Shown: positions 25,525 through 40,534, numbered from the stretch's first letter. The stretch: 64,000 bases of DNA from Octopus bimaculoides (GCF_001194135.2 NC_068998.1:16978848-17042847), one strand, 5' to 3'. Notes: a model not told the origin generated them from the sequence alone. Program-made: numbers and translations.

Positions 25525-28500
25525 AGAATTTGCGATATAGTGTTTTGCCTCCCCTCCACTACTTGACAAATGGATTTGGTGTGTTTATATTTCTGTAACT
25601 TTGTGGATCAGCAAAGAATACCAATAGAATAAGTACCAGGTTTAAAAAAGATAACTGAAATAAGATAAAAAACAAATTTATATTATTAATACATTTAAAT
25701 AACAAACAAAAAATTTAGAACAAGAAACATTACAATTTAAGTTTTAAATAAAATACTGTTTACTTTGTTACTGCTGTTCACAAATCATCCATATATGTTT
25801 GTATTTGGTTATCATAAAAAGCAAATGTAAATAAATCATTTTTAGGTGGTGAAAGTTGAAGTGGACAAATGTAAATAATATTGGGTAGAATATTGTTAAA
25901 AAAAACCCTTGAATGGAATACTTTGAGTAGATGGCTCTGTAGAATTCTTGTTTATTGGTATGTTGATTCAGTGGGCAGGTAATCCAGTTGATCAAAGATC
26001 ATTGAAACTTGGAGACCCATTGTATCTATGGAGAAGATTGTTACAAAGGAACAGATTGTGAAATCTGGCATTTGGAACAAATTGAAGCTTTTTCTGTTTT
26101 GTTTTAGTGTAGGGAGGGACTAGACTTGATTTCTTATGATAAGTATAGTATTTGTGTTTTGATGCTGTTGAGATTATGTAACCAATAAAGGATGTTTTTA
26201 GGGACTTTTTTAAACATAGAATTAGGGTATTTCTGGTGATATGATAGATAAAGGTTGTTTGTGGATGACACTTTTGTGTGTGGAACGTTGAGATGTAAGG
26301 ATGGCGTAATTTGCATAAAAGTCTTAGGTAATAATGAAGTATTAATGATCTGTTTCGTCGTTAATATAGAGAAGGGAGTAAGGTGGTGAAATGGAAGAAA
26401 CGGTGTGTTGGGCAAAATGCTTAATGACATTTTGTCTGTCTTCACATTCCGAGTTCAAATTCCATCGAGGTCAACTTTGCCTTTCATCCTTTTGGGGTCG
26501 ATAAAATAAGTACTAGGTGTTGACGTAACTGACTTACCCCTTCCCTACAAATTGCTGACCTTGTTCCAAAATTTGAAACCAATATAGAGAAGAAAGTGTG
26601 TGGGGAAACATTATGAAACCTTAGAGTACATCAGAGTTGATAAAATGTATGTGAAAGAGAGAAGGAGGTGGGGAGAGAGACCTATCAATGCACTCTGTAC
26701 TGGTTAGAAAAGAAACTTTCAATCCTAAAGATAAAATGGGATTAGGATGGAGCTCAAAGGAGATTGACTTCATGCATTGCAGGTGTTCTGCCTGTGTTAC
26801 TATAGAAATTTGTCATTCTTATTCCAATCAGTGCTTGAAAACCTGATTTCTGTTGCTAAATGTATGTTCAGTCTGTATGTTTGAAGGACTTATTCAAGAG
26901 AAGTGCTCACTCAGTTGAGTGTTTTTCTATTTGCCAGCTGTTCAAACAATGTAGCAAATAAATTTTACATTTGATACTAAAAACAATTCTGAATTGTTTG
27001 TATATTTTTTTTATAGGCACAGGCATAACTGTTTCATTAAGAAGCCTGCTTTGCAACCAAACCAGCTTCAAGTTAAGTCCCATTGCATGGCACCTTAAGC
27101 AGGTGCCTTCCACTATATCCCTGGGTTGACCAATGCCTTTTGAGCGATAAATGGAAACTGTTGAATCCTGTTGTATTCATGTGTGTGGTGTGTGTGTCTG
27201 TGTTTCTCCATCTACATTACTTGTCAACTGGTGTTGGGTTGTTTACATTAGCAGTTTAGCAAAAGAGACCAATAAAGTAAGTACCAGACTTAAATGGAAA
27301 TAAGTATTGGGATTGATTGCTTTGATTAACCCTTTAGAATTTAAACCACCCATATCCAACCCCAAATATTTTACCTGTTTTATGTTCAAACTGGTGAGAT
27401 CTGGCCTCTCACACTTTCCCTACAATGTCATTATAAAAATAAACAATCATGTCATTGGAATCTTGAAGCTACTGTTTCAAGCAAGTCGCTCAACCATATC
27501 AAGAATTAGTAGGTTCTTGTTGTGAAGGATTCATCTTCATCATCATTGTCGTTTAACACCCGTTTTCTGTGTTGGCATGGGTTGGGCAGTTTGACAGGAG
27601 CTGGTCAGCCAGTGAGATGTCCAGTCTTCAGTTGTCTGTGTTGGCATGGTTTCTACAGTTGGATGCCCTTTCTAACACCAACCACTTTGCAGTGTGTGCT
27701 GGGTGCTTTTTCTGTGCTACTGGCACGGACGCACTTACATGACACCAACACCAGCAAGACAAAGACCTTTCAGCTGGGAGAGGGAGTGGGAGCATGGCCA
27801 TAAAAGAAACATGCCCGTATGTATGGATGATCATGATTCTACTTAGCTTGATGTATCTTGGAGCGTTGTTGTAATTCTGTACTGAAGACAATTGTATGAA
27901 CAAATTTCTTCAAAAACTACAAACGTATAAATATACAAATAATAAAATGTTATGCTTATTTTTAAAAGTCTGATCTTTACATTTTCTTCAGATTACTAGC
28001 CTTGACATTATTAGACATTTAAATTTTGCTTCTCACAAATGAGATAACATTTTTCAGAAGAGAAGAAAAAGGAAAAAAGAATTGAAAAAAATTCAAGAAA
28101 ATATTTTGAAGCTTAATATATTTGTTTTTTTTTCTGTTATGCATTTTAAACAGAAAAATAAGAAAAGCAATCTTTAAATCTTAATAGAAGCTGACCCAAA
28201 TTGACGTCCATTTTCTCTGTATTCTGATATTTTTGGGGAAAAGCTGTTATCATAATATATGTTTATTCTTGCCTGTTTTAAAAGGGTTTATGCTACTTAA
28301 TAAATTGATGTCAGTTTTTGGTCTATATTTCTAGTATTCCAAGCAGCCATTGGATGAAAATGCTTGACAGTATTTATTTCAGCTTCTTGTGTTCAGATTT
28401 CAAATTCCGCCAAGGTCAACCATACCTTTTTGTTCCTTTGGGTTTACTAAATAACATACCAGTCTGGAGCAGTAAATTGGAGTTATTAAAGCATCATCCT

Positions 28501-30631
28501 TGCAGTAATTTGTCTTGGCTCTTCATGCTCTAAGATCAAATCCTACCATGGCCTACTTTCATGGCAAACTTAATCTGTTTTCCACTTTAACACCACTACC
28601 TGGTCCTTGGTTGTCGAACATAACAGAATTTTTTGTTTTCTTATCAAGGCTTGTTACCAGTTCAATTAGCTTTACTCCGCACAAAGCGTGTAATTTGGTT
28701 TTGTTTGGCTCTACCGTGTGGTATCTTAGGCAAGTGCTTCTACTACAACTCTGGACTAACCAAAGTCTTGTGAGTGGATTTAGTAGATGGAAATTGCAAG
28801 AGGCCTCTGTGTGTGTGTGTGTGTGTTAGTTAGTCTCCTTGTCTTGACATCATCTGGTAGTGTTAAGCAAGTCTCACCGTCATGCAAGCAGTGTCCTTTG
28901 TTGCCAATCTTCCATGAAAACATGACTAGTCATGGGGAAATATTACTTCACTTTGGAAACAGGTGAGGGTTGGTCACAGCATAAGCATCAGGCTGTAGAA
29001 AATCCATCTCAACAAATTCCATCTGACCCATGCAAGCAGAGAAAAGTAGACATTAAAATGATGTATCAAATAATTTTTGTGGTTGAGGCCATAAATGCCA
29101 AATTCTCTGTAGATAACTGAAAGCAATACAGTGTTAAACCAGACAGGGACTGGATTGTTGACTTCTTTCAGGATCCACCCTCTCATCACTTATAGGTGTT
29201 CTATCATCTAATATATTTTGAATTGTGAAATTATAGTTTCAACGAAAGCTGAAAGTATTTGTTTTCTGAATACCTGTTTCTGTGATATGGAGAGCTAGAA
29301 TCCTTTAACTCTCCAGCATTCAGTTTACTCTCTCAAACATAATGCCTATTTATTCATATTGTCTTGTAGCATCAAGACTTCAATGATATGACTGTTTATC
29401 TCTTATAATGACACTGTAGGGCAGATGTGAAATGCTAGATATGGCTGTCTTGACCATAAAACAGGTAGAATATTTTGGCTAGATATGGCAGGTTTAAACG
29501 CTGAAGGGTTAAAATGTGCAAGCATCTGGGACTGAATGGTAAAGAAACAAAGCTACAATAATGCTACAAGGCTGGGAATGGTAGTGACAGTCTGGTGACA
29601 TTTATGTGTCAGTCAGATTCCTTTCATTTTGTCTTTCTGTTCACATATTCTATTGTCTGACTGAACCAGTCTGATAAATCAATACTTGTGTGTATTTGGT
29701 GGTGGTAATGGTGACAGAGACTGTTGAGCTTATGAGGAAGCTTTTGTGTTCAGCCCACTAGAAATAGCAACCAAATTCTCCCTCAGATCTTATTCTATTT
29801 TGAAAAGCAAATGGCTTATTGGATAATGTAACACATCATATCATTAATTTTTTTCTTTTAGATGTGAGATAGTCATGGCTTGAACACAGTTGGTCGGAGC
29901 CAGGCAACACTTAGATGATATCAATTGGTTTTAGAGCTGCATCTGTTTTTCTTTCGTTCTCAGGAATTTGTGAAGTCATTATCATCGTCATTTAACATCA
30001 GTTTTCAATGCTGGCTTGGGGTTGGACTGCTTGACAGGAGCTGGCAAGTCAGGACTGCATCAAGCTCCACTGTTTTAGCATGGTTTTTATGACCGGATGC
30101 CCTTCCTAATGCCAACCACTTTACAAACTGGACTGGGTGCTTTTCACATGGCACTCGCTCTAGTGAGGTCTGTTTTGGCATGGGTTTTATGGTCGGATGC
30201 ACTTCCTAATGCCAACCACTTTACAAAGTAGGCTGGGTGCTTTTTACAAAGCACCAATACTGGCGAGGTCTGCTTTGGTATGATTTTATGTTAAAAAATG
30301 ACCAGCGTGCTGGGCTTGAAGCATTTCCAATATGGCGTTGAATTTGTGATGGCCAATGTAAAAAAATTATTTACTAAATTTATAACATAACTGGGACATT
30401 AAAGATTTAAAATTTGCATTTAGTGACTCAAGAGAGTTGTGTTTTTTCTTTTACTTTTTATTACAGTTCTACCTTGAAGGATTTAGGTGAACAAATTGAT
30501 CTTAGTATTTATATTTTAAGCCTGGTACTCATACTACTAGTCATATTTGCCAAACTAAGTTACAGGGATGTAAACAAACCCATACCGGTTGTCAAGTGGT
30601 GGGGAGAGGGCAAAAACATAATACATGAACA

Positions 30632-30670
<39 letters not shown>

Positions 30671-31102
30671 GTATATATATACATACTCTTTTGCTTGTTT
30701 CAGTCATTTGACTGCGGCCATGCTGGAGCACCGCCTTTAGTCGAGCAAATCGACCCCAGGACTTATTCTTTGGAAGCCTAGTACTTATTCTATCGGTCTC
30801 TTTTTGCCGAACCGCTAAGTTACAGGGACGTAAACACACCACCATCGGTTGTCAAGCGATGTTGGGGGGACAGACACACAAACATATACACACACACACA
30901 TATATATACATATATAGGACAGGCTTCTTTCAGTTTCCGTCTACCAANNNNNNNNNNNNNNNNNNNNNNNNNNNNNNNNNNNNNNNNNNNNNNNNNNNNN
31001 NNNNNNNNNNNNNNNNNNNNNNNNNNNNNNNNNNNNNNNNNNNNNNNNNNNNNNNNNNNNNNNNNNNNNNNNNNNNNNNNNNNNNNNNNNNNNNNNNNNN
31101 NN

Positions 31103-31135
<33 letters not shown>

Positions 31136-34100
31136 CATACATGACAGGCATCTACAGTCTCCACCCACCAAATTGGTTGGCACAGGCCTATAATACAAGA
31201 TATTTGTCCAGGTTGCTGGGCAATGAGGCTGAACCCAAAACCATGTAGTTGCAAAAGCAAACTTAAGCACACAGCCATGATCCCTTCTCGAAGACCTGTG
31301 CAGAATAGCAAAGCGCAACAATTATACAGTGCATTCTAATAAAACCTTGCAATTATGCAACATCTCCCTACCCCGCAGGGTTGCTCATTCCCTCTTTTCT
31401 CCTTCACACGATACCTCTTTACACTTTAATGGGATTGTGAATTAGACTATCTCATAAAAGCACAGCACAGCTTAATTGATTGGATTCTACAGAGGCCAAT
31501 TATATTTGGCTCCAAAAGCTGGTGCTGTATCAGTTTAGGTGTGACACTAATGCTTAATATATCTTATTAATCATTTTTGAGTTTTACCAAAGCATGTGTC
31601 ATCGGTTTGACTGTGGATATGGAATGGTACCAATAATCAGGTTGAAGTGATCGTAGCTCTTATCTTTCTATACAAGTGTTTTCATTCCATTAGGAAACTG
31701 TATTAGGTTTACAATCAGTAAAAGACTGCAAAGTAATCTTTCTTCACTTCTGTCTCTGTACAAACAAGTGTCTCCATTAGATTATGTGACCCTCCCCCCA
31801 CTTCTCATCTTTTATGTGTTTATGAAAAATAATAAAAAAGAAATATAAAGATCTATCAAAAAAAAAAAGAAGTTTTTTGCTGTCTAGTGATGATATTTCA
31901 AGAGGTTATTTGTTCTGTTTTAATAGTACCTGCATCAGTGAAAGAAGGGGGCTGCTGTCTTGTTTTATAACTGTTTGACACTTGAGCTTAAAAAAAAAAA
32001 AAATCCTGTCTTCTTCAATATGTGGTGGAGGGGATAAGGCAGATTAAAAGAGAACAAGACTATTCTTTTACACTTGACCTACAACTAGCTTTCTTCAGAT
32101 TTCTCATTTCCCTCCCTCCTTGGTTTCAAGTTCTCATTCTAACATGTACCATTTTAATTTTTTTAGATTGCTATACTTATTCCGTACATGGGCCAATAAA
32201 GGAAGCCTTTATTAGTCTCTATCTATGCCAGAAATAGCAACCAAATCTCCTTCCTCATATCCTATTATCCTTTAATAAAAAAAATATACATCACAATATA
32301 GTCCTAGATATAATGATATACTCATTATCATCTATAATCATCATCGTTTAACGTCCGCTTTCCATGCTAGCATGGGTTGGACGATTTGACTGATGACTGG
32401 TGAAACCGGATGGCAACACCAGGCTCCAATCTGATTTGGCAGAGTTTCTACAGCTGGATGCCCTTCCTAATGCCAATCACTCCGAGAGTGTAGTGGGTGC
32501 TTTTACGTGCCACCGGCACGAAGGCCAATCAGGCAGTACTGTTTGAAAAAATGAAGGATGGTCATGGTTGAAATGCCTTTTGATCATAGGTCTTCATGTA
32601 GAACAACTTGGTGTTAAAGAACCAAATTCTTTTTAATCAGTCAGTATTTTAAATTCACTTCTCAGTTCAGTTATATCAAAACAGATGCAGAAGAGCGACA
32701 TGGTTTAACAAACAGTGGTGCTCCAGCATGACTGCAACTTCTGAGCTGAAACACAATAGTTATTATTGGTGGTGGTGGGAGTCTTCTTTAGCCTCAGACT
32801 GACCAAAGCCTTGTGAGGGATTTAACACCTGCAAACTGAAAGAAACCTGTTGTAGACATCATATGATAGTTGTAAATGAGCATCATTGTCATATAAGCGA
32901 GGTTATTTATTTCCAGTCTTCCATGAAAAGCATGCCTTGCCATGGGGAAATATTTCCTTGTTTGGAAATTAGTGAAGCTCAGCCTGTAGATTATGTCTCC
33001 ACTATTTCCGTCTATCTCGGGCAAGTATAGATACCCACATAAGAAACTTGCTATGCAACCACATGGTTTTGGGTTCAGACTCACTGCGTGGCACCTAGGG
33101 CAAGTGTCTTCTACTGTAGCCTTTGTGAGCATATTTGGTATCCACAAACTGAAAGGAACCCATCATATATAATGTGTGTGTGTGTGTTTGTCCTCCACCA
33201 TTGCTTGATAATTGGTGTTGGTTTGTTTACATTCCCATAATTTAGCGATTCAGCCAAAGAGACTGGTAGAATAAGTACTAGGCTTAAAAAATAAGTCCTG
33301 GGGTCGATTTCTTTGACTAAAACCCTTCAAGGCAGTGCCCCAGCATGGCCGCAGTCAAATGACTGAAACAAGTAAAAGATAAAAGATAATGCAATAAACT
33401 CTTTTACTTGTTTCAGTCATTTGACTGCGGCCATGCTGGAGCACCGCCTTTAGTCGAGCAAATCAATCCCAATTCTTTGGAAGCCTAGTACTTATTCTAT
33501 CGGTTCTTTTGCCAAACTGCTAAGTTACGAGGACATGAAACACCAGCATGAGTTGTCAAGCGATGTTAGGGGGACAAACACACACATATATATATATATA
33601 TACATATATACGACGGGCTTCTTTCAGTTTCTGTCTATCAAATCCACTCACAAGGCTTTGGTCAGCCCGAGGCTATAATAGAAGACACTTGCCCAAGATG
33701 CCACGTAGTGGGACTGAACCCGGAACCATGTTGTTGGTAAGCAAGCTACTTACCACACAACCACTCCTGCACCTATACATTTTTCTTTTTTCTTTCTTTT
33801 CTTTTTTTTTTTTCGAAAATGCTGGTGTAACTAAAAGTAAATATTATAAGTGATTAGCAATGTAAAAAGTGATGTCAGATTTCTAGATTTATGAGACATG
33901 AAGATTTAACAAGTGCCCTTAAACAATGTCATAAATTGGAATTGTTGTTTGTGTGATATTAAGTTTTAGCAATAAAATCTGGTTTATAAAACTGGTATGT
34001 AAATGTTTTTTTTCTTTTATTATATTAACGAACCAAGACAGCAAGGTGGCAGTCATTAAACATGCTGGACCATATGCCGAGTGTCATTTTGTACAGCTTT

Positions 34101-36153
34101 ATGTTCTGAGTTTGAATTCCACTGAGGTCAACTTTGCCTTTTCTCCTTTCGGTGTTGATAAATTAAGTACCAGTTGAGTACAGGGGTCAATGTAACTGAC
34201 TTGCCCCTCTCCACAAAATTTGACCTTTTTCATATTTTCATTTTTCTTATGTTTGTCATTTGACTGTGGCCATGGGTAGGTAGGTGCATGTGTGTGTGTG
34301 TGTATACATATATATATATATATATATTCTTTTATTCTTTTACTTTTTTCAGTCATTTGACTGCAGCCATGCTGGAGCACAACCTTTAGTTGAAAAAAAA
34401 TAAACCTCACGACTTATTCTTTGTAATCTTATTACTTATTCTATTGATCTGTTTTGCTGAACTGCTAAGTTATAGGGATGTAAACACACGGACATCGGTT
34501 GTCAAGCAATGGTGGGGGGACAGACACAAACACATACATGTGCATACACACACACATATCTACTACATATGTGGGAAATTCTGTCTGTGGGTGTGTTTGT
34601 GGAATTGTTAGCTAACTCCTACATCATTTTATTGATTTTGATGGAACCTGACATGTGAGTAGAACTCATGAGTGGAAACCTCATGGCATACTCAGATTGT
34701 TGAAAAAATCGATAATATAGCCCCTGGAAGGGATCCTTACATATATCTAATATATTTCATTTTAACAGTCAAGGGAAATAACTCATTAAGTTTCCTAAAT
34801 CATTTGGTATAAATCAAATTGAATATGCTTATTTCTTAGTATTTGAACTGTTAGTTATTTTCGCAATTTATCCAGTACAACCCTTAAACAAGTAAATAGT
34901 ATTTTCCTAAACAATTGATCCACTTATTTCAGTTAGTGACTTATTCATGAATATACCAATATTAGCGCCGCTGAGGGTAATATTCTCTGGGAATGTACAA
35001 AAGCCCTTTTCGGAGTTATTTACTTTGAATTGTTATTACCTCATATCTGATTAGCCCGTTATTACGAAACATGCTTCACAATTTCAGTATACATATCTTA
35101 TTAGTATTTCCTCCTAAGTTCTATATACTCTGGGAACACAAAGCCTTTTTCGGGGCTATTTTATTTGAATCCTTACTATCGGGTAACTAATTTCATATTA
35201 TTACATAACTGACTTCACAATTTGGGTATTCATAGCTTATTGGGAAATCCTAAAAACAAGATCCTGTGTAAGACAGTTCGGTATTCTCTGTAAATGCACA
35301 AAAACCGTTTTAAGGACTACATACTTTGTATTGTTATTGGATTAGCGAAACAATTATGAGAACGGAACCAAGGGATAAGCCCCGCTTTTCTGGGAATTAC
35401 CAGATACGTCAGCTAGTATGTGTGTTTGTGTGTGTGTATACACACACACACACACACACACACGACAAACTTCTTTCAGTTTCTGTCTACCAAATCCACT
35501 CACAAAGCTTTGGTCAGCCTGAAGCTATGGTAGAAGACACTTGCCCAAGGTGCCATCCAGTGGGACTGAACCTGGAACCATGTGGTTGGTAAGCAAGCTA
35601 CTTACCACACAGCCACTCCGGCACCTATGTATGTATGTATGTATGTATGTATGTATGTATGTATGTATGTATGTGTTTGTGTCTGTTTGTCCCCCCCATC
35701 ACTACTCACTCAACAACCGGTGTTAGTGTATTTGTGTCCCCGTAACAACCGGTGTTGGTGTATTTGTGTCCCCGTAAAAACAAAGTAATAAAGTTCTGGG
35801 TTTGATTCATTCAACTAAAAATTTGAGGCATTTCCCCAGCATGGCTAAAGTCTAGTGACTGAAACAAGTAAAGGTAAATGACCATATTGTCTTTCTGTTC
35901 TACAATGATGGATGGGGAGTGTAATGATAAGTCATAAGAAAGGGACCAAACTAAGAAAAGTGTTGGGTTATAGGCACTATAAGATCCTAGAGATATTTTC
36001 GAGTGCAACTAGACCTGATAATTAAGATAAGGTTAGCATTTATCTTGCAGTGGTGTTGGCTGGTGTTAAATCTGCATAGTGCTTTCTAATCTTCAGAGGT
36101 GAAAGCATTGTTATCATAACATTAAAGTTTAGCAATTTATTGCCTTGTGCCTA

Positions 36154-36187
<34 letters not shown>

Positions 36188-39100
36188 CAATTACAAACAC
36201 ATGCTTTAAATGTTGTCATGCATGTGCAACATAATTTCTTATCATTGCACAATGTAATGTTATTCAAGGCACACTGAATTTGGAAACCTAATTTGCTGCC
36301 TAGTCTAATATTGGTTTCAAATTTTGGTAGGTGTAATAAGTAGAATCTGGCTGATTTGAACAAAAAAACAAATAGATTTAGGCCGAATATGGCCAGTTTA
36401 AACACTGAAAGATTAAATAAGAAAGGGTATATCATTAGACAAGTTTACTATGAGGTCTACTCAAAGCAACCTGGTGCAGTGGGCACTTGGACATAATGAA
36501 ATTTATGTGAAAGGACTATTTCATCTGAGACATCTTGCACATGTGGAATATTTTAGCCAGATGTGACAGGTTTAAATGCTAAAGAGTTAAATTAGATATT
36601 GTATTTTAGGATGGTCATTTTTTTTGTTTTCCTTTTGCCAAATAAAGACATGCACTATATATTCATTCTTCACTCCTTTATTACTGTTATTCTAACTTCT
36701 GACCATTGTCCAGAAATCTTTCATCACACATCTGTCACCTCTTCAGTGACACTTTCCATCCATGTGTGTACTCTTGCTCCACCTTCTATCAAAATTCCAT
36801 GTTAATCTATGGTTTAAATGCCAGTTTAATACCGTGTTATTTTACTTAAAATTTTTCATTATTTCCAAAATTAATTGAAACAAAGACAATGTATCTCCAC
36901 AGAAATATAACAAAGGGGTTAAAGTAGATGTTGTAGCAGTCTATAAGGCCTCTTTTCAAGTTTTGAAAGGTCCTGCAAAGGACATGTTATTCTTTTTGGT
37001 AACCCCTTTGACACCAACCTGCCCAAGACTACCTGATTTCATGCTACAAACTTCCTGTTTGAAAGTGATCCAAGTTAAAACTTTTCATCGAATTTCGCAT
37101 TAATCTATGTTCCAAACGTCAGCGAATAATAAGTTATTTTACTAAACTTTTTGTTATTTTCAAAATTAATTGAAATAAATATATTTAATCAGAAATGTAT
37201 GTAACAACTAAGGCAGCAAGTTGGGCCAAATGCTTAGCATTTCATGCATCGTTATGTTCTGAGTTCAAATTCCACCAAGGTCAGCAATGCCTTTTAGCCT
37301 CTTAGGGTCAATAAAATAAATAGCATTTGAGCACCAGGGTTGATGTATTCAACTTAGTGCTTCCCCTAAAATTTGAAACCAATAAATATAGCAGTGAGTT
37401 TAAATCAGTTTTTTCTTTTTTAATGTTAATTTTAGAGTGAATATTAATTTCATTGTTCAACTTTAAATACAGTGTATAATACTGTGCCAGGGCCCATAGT
37501 AAGCCACTGGTTTTAACCTGTTCAATTCTCTTTGTTGCAGTGGGTTGGGTCAGTTGACAGGATCGACAATGACGAGGCCCACTTTAATGTACAAGTCACT
37601 GGTTCTACTTTGCATGAGCAAAACGAAGAAATCTCAAAGAAACTCTCAGAAAGTCTTGGTGAGAACAAGTTAGATGCCATATTGTGTGTGGCAGGAGGAT
37701 GGGCTGGTGGCAACGCTGGTTCTAAAGGTAAGTTGGTTATATTGTCACTACCTTAATTTATTGCACACTTGGTGAATGTGTGTATGTATGTGTTTGTGTG
37801 TGTATTTGTGTGCATTGATCATTGCATGCATGTGTCTGAGTATGTATATGCATGTCTGTGCTTTTGTGTATGTATGCATAACTGTGTGTGTGCATGTCTG
37901 CACATCTGTCTGCTCATGTTTGCATGCATGCATGTCTCTTTACATATGTCTGCACATGTCAGTACATGTGTGTGTGTGTAACTGTCTGTGAATGTGTCCG
38001 GTTCGCTGTCTGTATGTTTGTGTCTCTGTGAATGTGTCCATGCATTTGTTTGTCAGTCAGTCTTTTAATTGGAGATGAACAACAGGAATAGTTAATTGTG
38101 GTGAAACTCAATAGAATGAAACAAAGTATTGTATTGTATTCTCAATTTTCCTCTTTCATATTAAATGGTAATAATATTCATTAATATTCAAAAGAAAAAA
38201 TTTTATTTGTTAATTACAGACTTCCTGAAGAGTGCTGATGACATGTGGAAGCAAAGTGTTTGGTCATCTGTCATCGCCTCTAGTTTAGCGGCAAAGCATT
38301 TAAAAGAAGGTGGTCTTTTGACTCTTCCAGGAGCAGCACCTGCAACTGATGGGACACCAGGTACTGTCAGAATAAAAATATAACGGTTACAGCATGGAAG
38401 ACACTTTGACCTTTCAAAATCACTCTAAATCTGTTAATTTCCTCTCAACATTTATTATTTGGTGTTGAGTTTTTTTCTTTGAATGGTTAATGTCTTTCAC
38501 ACTACAAGTGTTTTAGTTTCAGTATGTCATCACTATGCTCTTTATCATCACCATCATCATCATATAATGTCCATTTTCCATGCTGGCATAGGTTGGATGG
38601 CTTGACAGGAACTGGTAAGGGCAGGGGCCACATCAGGTTCCATAGTTTGTTTTGGCTTGGTTTCTATGGCTGGATGCCTTCCTAATGCCAACCACTCTAC
38701 AGAGTGTACTTGGTGCTTTTTATGTGGCACAGCTATGCCTGCATCTGTGTGTGTGTGTGTGTGTGTGTGTGTGATACAACACCATAAAAAGAAATATAAC
38801 ATAGTAGCATGTCTTTTCTGGTGTCTTGTCCAACCTTTCTTGAACTGTTTCTTATTTCTTTCACAAAATTCTTCAGCCTTGTCTTTAATGGACACACACA
38901 CACACACATGCTGAAGGCAACCAATTATAGGATATGATTAAAAGTATTTCTCTGATTAACTGTACTGTGCTGTTTGTTGAAATATGAAAACATCATTGAA
39001 CTATTGCAATTACTTTTGAAAGGTGTCATCTGAAAATAGACTATAAAGTTAACAGCAATGTATTTCAAAAGAAATATTATATGAAAAAGATTAAGGGAAT

Positions 39101-40399
39101 TTGGCTGCTATTTTTAGTGACTACAAAGTTTCCCTTATTGGCTCACGAGATCCTAGGTATTGCAACTCCAGTTTTAGTTGCTGAGCATTTCTGTGTCAGA
39201 GTTGTGAACCCCCCCCCCCATACTTAAAGGCGTCAAAAGAACTTCAGTCCTTTATTGTTTAGTCGTGTTTTTATGTTTTATTCACTAAATAATGCCCTTT
39301 AGATCTTTTAGCTCAAATTCACTGTTGGTGGTAGAATTTGATCAATGCAGGGGACAGGGTTTGTTTGTTTGACTGGAGTCCGACAATATGAGAGAGTCTT
39401 ATATAAAATTCCTTTCCTGTCACCATTGATTTTCGAATGGATGGTTTCCTTGAATTATTGTCTCAGCAGTTCTGTGTTCCTATGTCAACCAGTGTACTCT
39501 GATTCTCTCGTTTCTATTTCAGCCAGTAGAATGAAGGCTACACTTCACTGATAAAGAAAGGCATAAGCTTTAAATCCGTTTAGAGTTGTCTCCCATATAT
39601 TTGTGAAAATGAAAATTTTAGCAATTGACTAATATTGTTATTCTTCCCCCTTCCCATTGAATAATTATTCCTAGTTACCCTATTTAGCCCTCCTCATATT
39701 AGCACATTGCTTCTTGAGCCTCATTTCTCATTTTGTTTCAGAATCCTAATATGGTATCTTAATTTTGATATGAGAGCCATATTTTTTTCACTCTATCATA
39801 TGTGAGGCAAGGATCACTGATGCTGTTTATTAACCACGATCCACCAGTAGATTGTGTGGGTCTTGCAGACGTACCACCACAACCCTCTGGTAGGTTGTGT
39901 TGGAGCAAGCATGTTAAATATCTAAACACTAATTGAACTATTTCGTACAAAACCTGGGTTCAACAGTTCGTCATGGTATTCAGGAGCTTAATTGTTAGGT
40001 CACTGTCGGTGATTTATGACACCTGTATCTATTGCAATATAAACATGTGTATTTTGGAGACAAATTGATATTGTTGTGGTCATCTACAGGCCAATCCTGA
40101 TAGAAAGGACCAATGATACAGGATACTCTTGACATGGCCAGCCTGCTTTATTTCTTTAAACACTGTAAAATTACATACAATATCCAACGTAATCTTTTGT
40201 TTTTGAAGACAGTGGTTAGAAATCGATTTGACTGTTATTTCTGGCATATATGACAACCATTAAAGGTTCCTTCATAAGTATCAGTAGATGATTATGATGG
40301 CTATGTTGAATGTCAAATGTGTGTGTTTTATGATTTTGTTACATCTTAAGAGGATCAATATGCCAATAAACTCTCTCTCTCTCTATCTTTCTCTATCTT

Positions 40400-40430
<31 letters not shown>

Positions 40431-40477
40431 GTCTCTCTCTGTCTCTCTCTGTCTCTCTCTGTCTCTCTCTCTGTCTC

Positions 40478-40534
<57 letters not shown>

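Noticed and set aside
30820-31321. ORFs spanning the first N gap
   Set aside because: Artefacts of N translation.
32390-32410. CTGATGA-ctggt-GAAA-ccgg in the family C repeat as a hammerhead
   Set aside because: No R-Y pair closing stem II and no downstream GUH. The ctgg/ccag hairpin has GAAA in its loop, which is incompatible with the core.
35047-35075. ctgatta...cgaaacatg hammerhead-like string inside the tandem repeat
   Set aside because: G8 is absent, there is no stem II, and it is not conserved in the next repeat unit.
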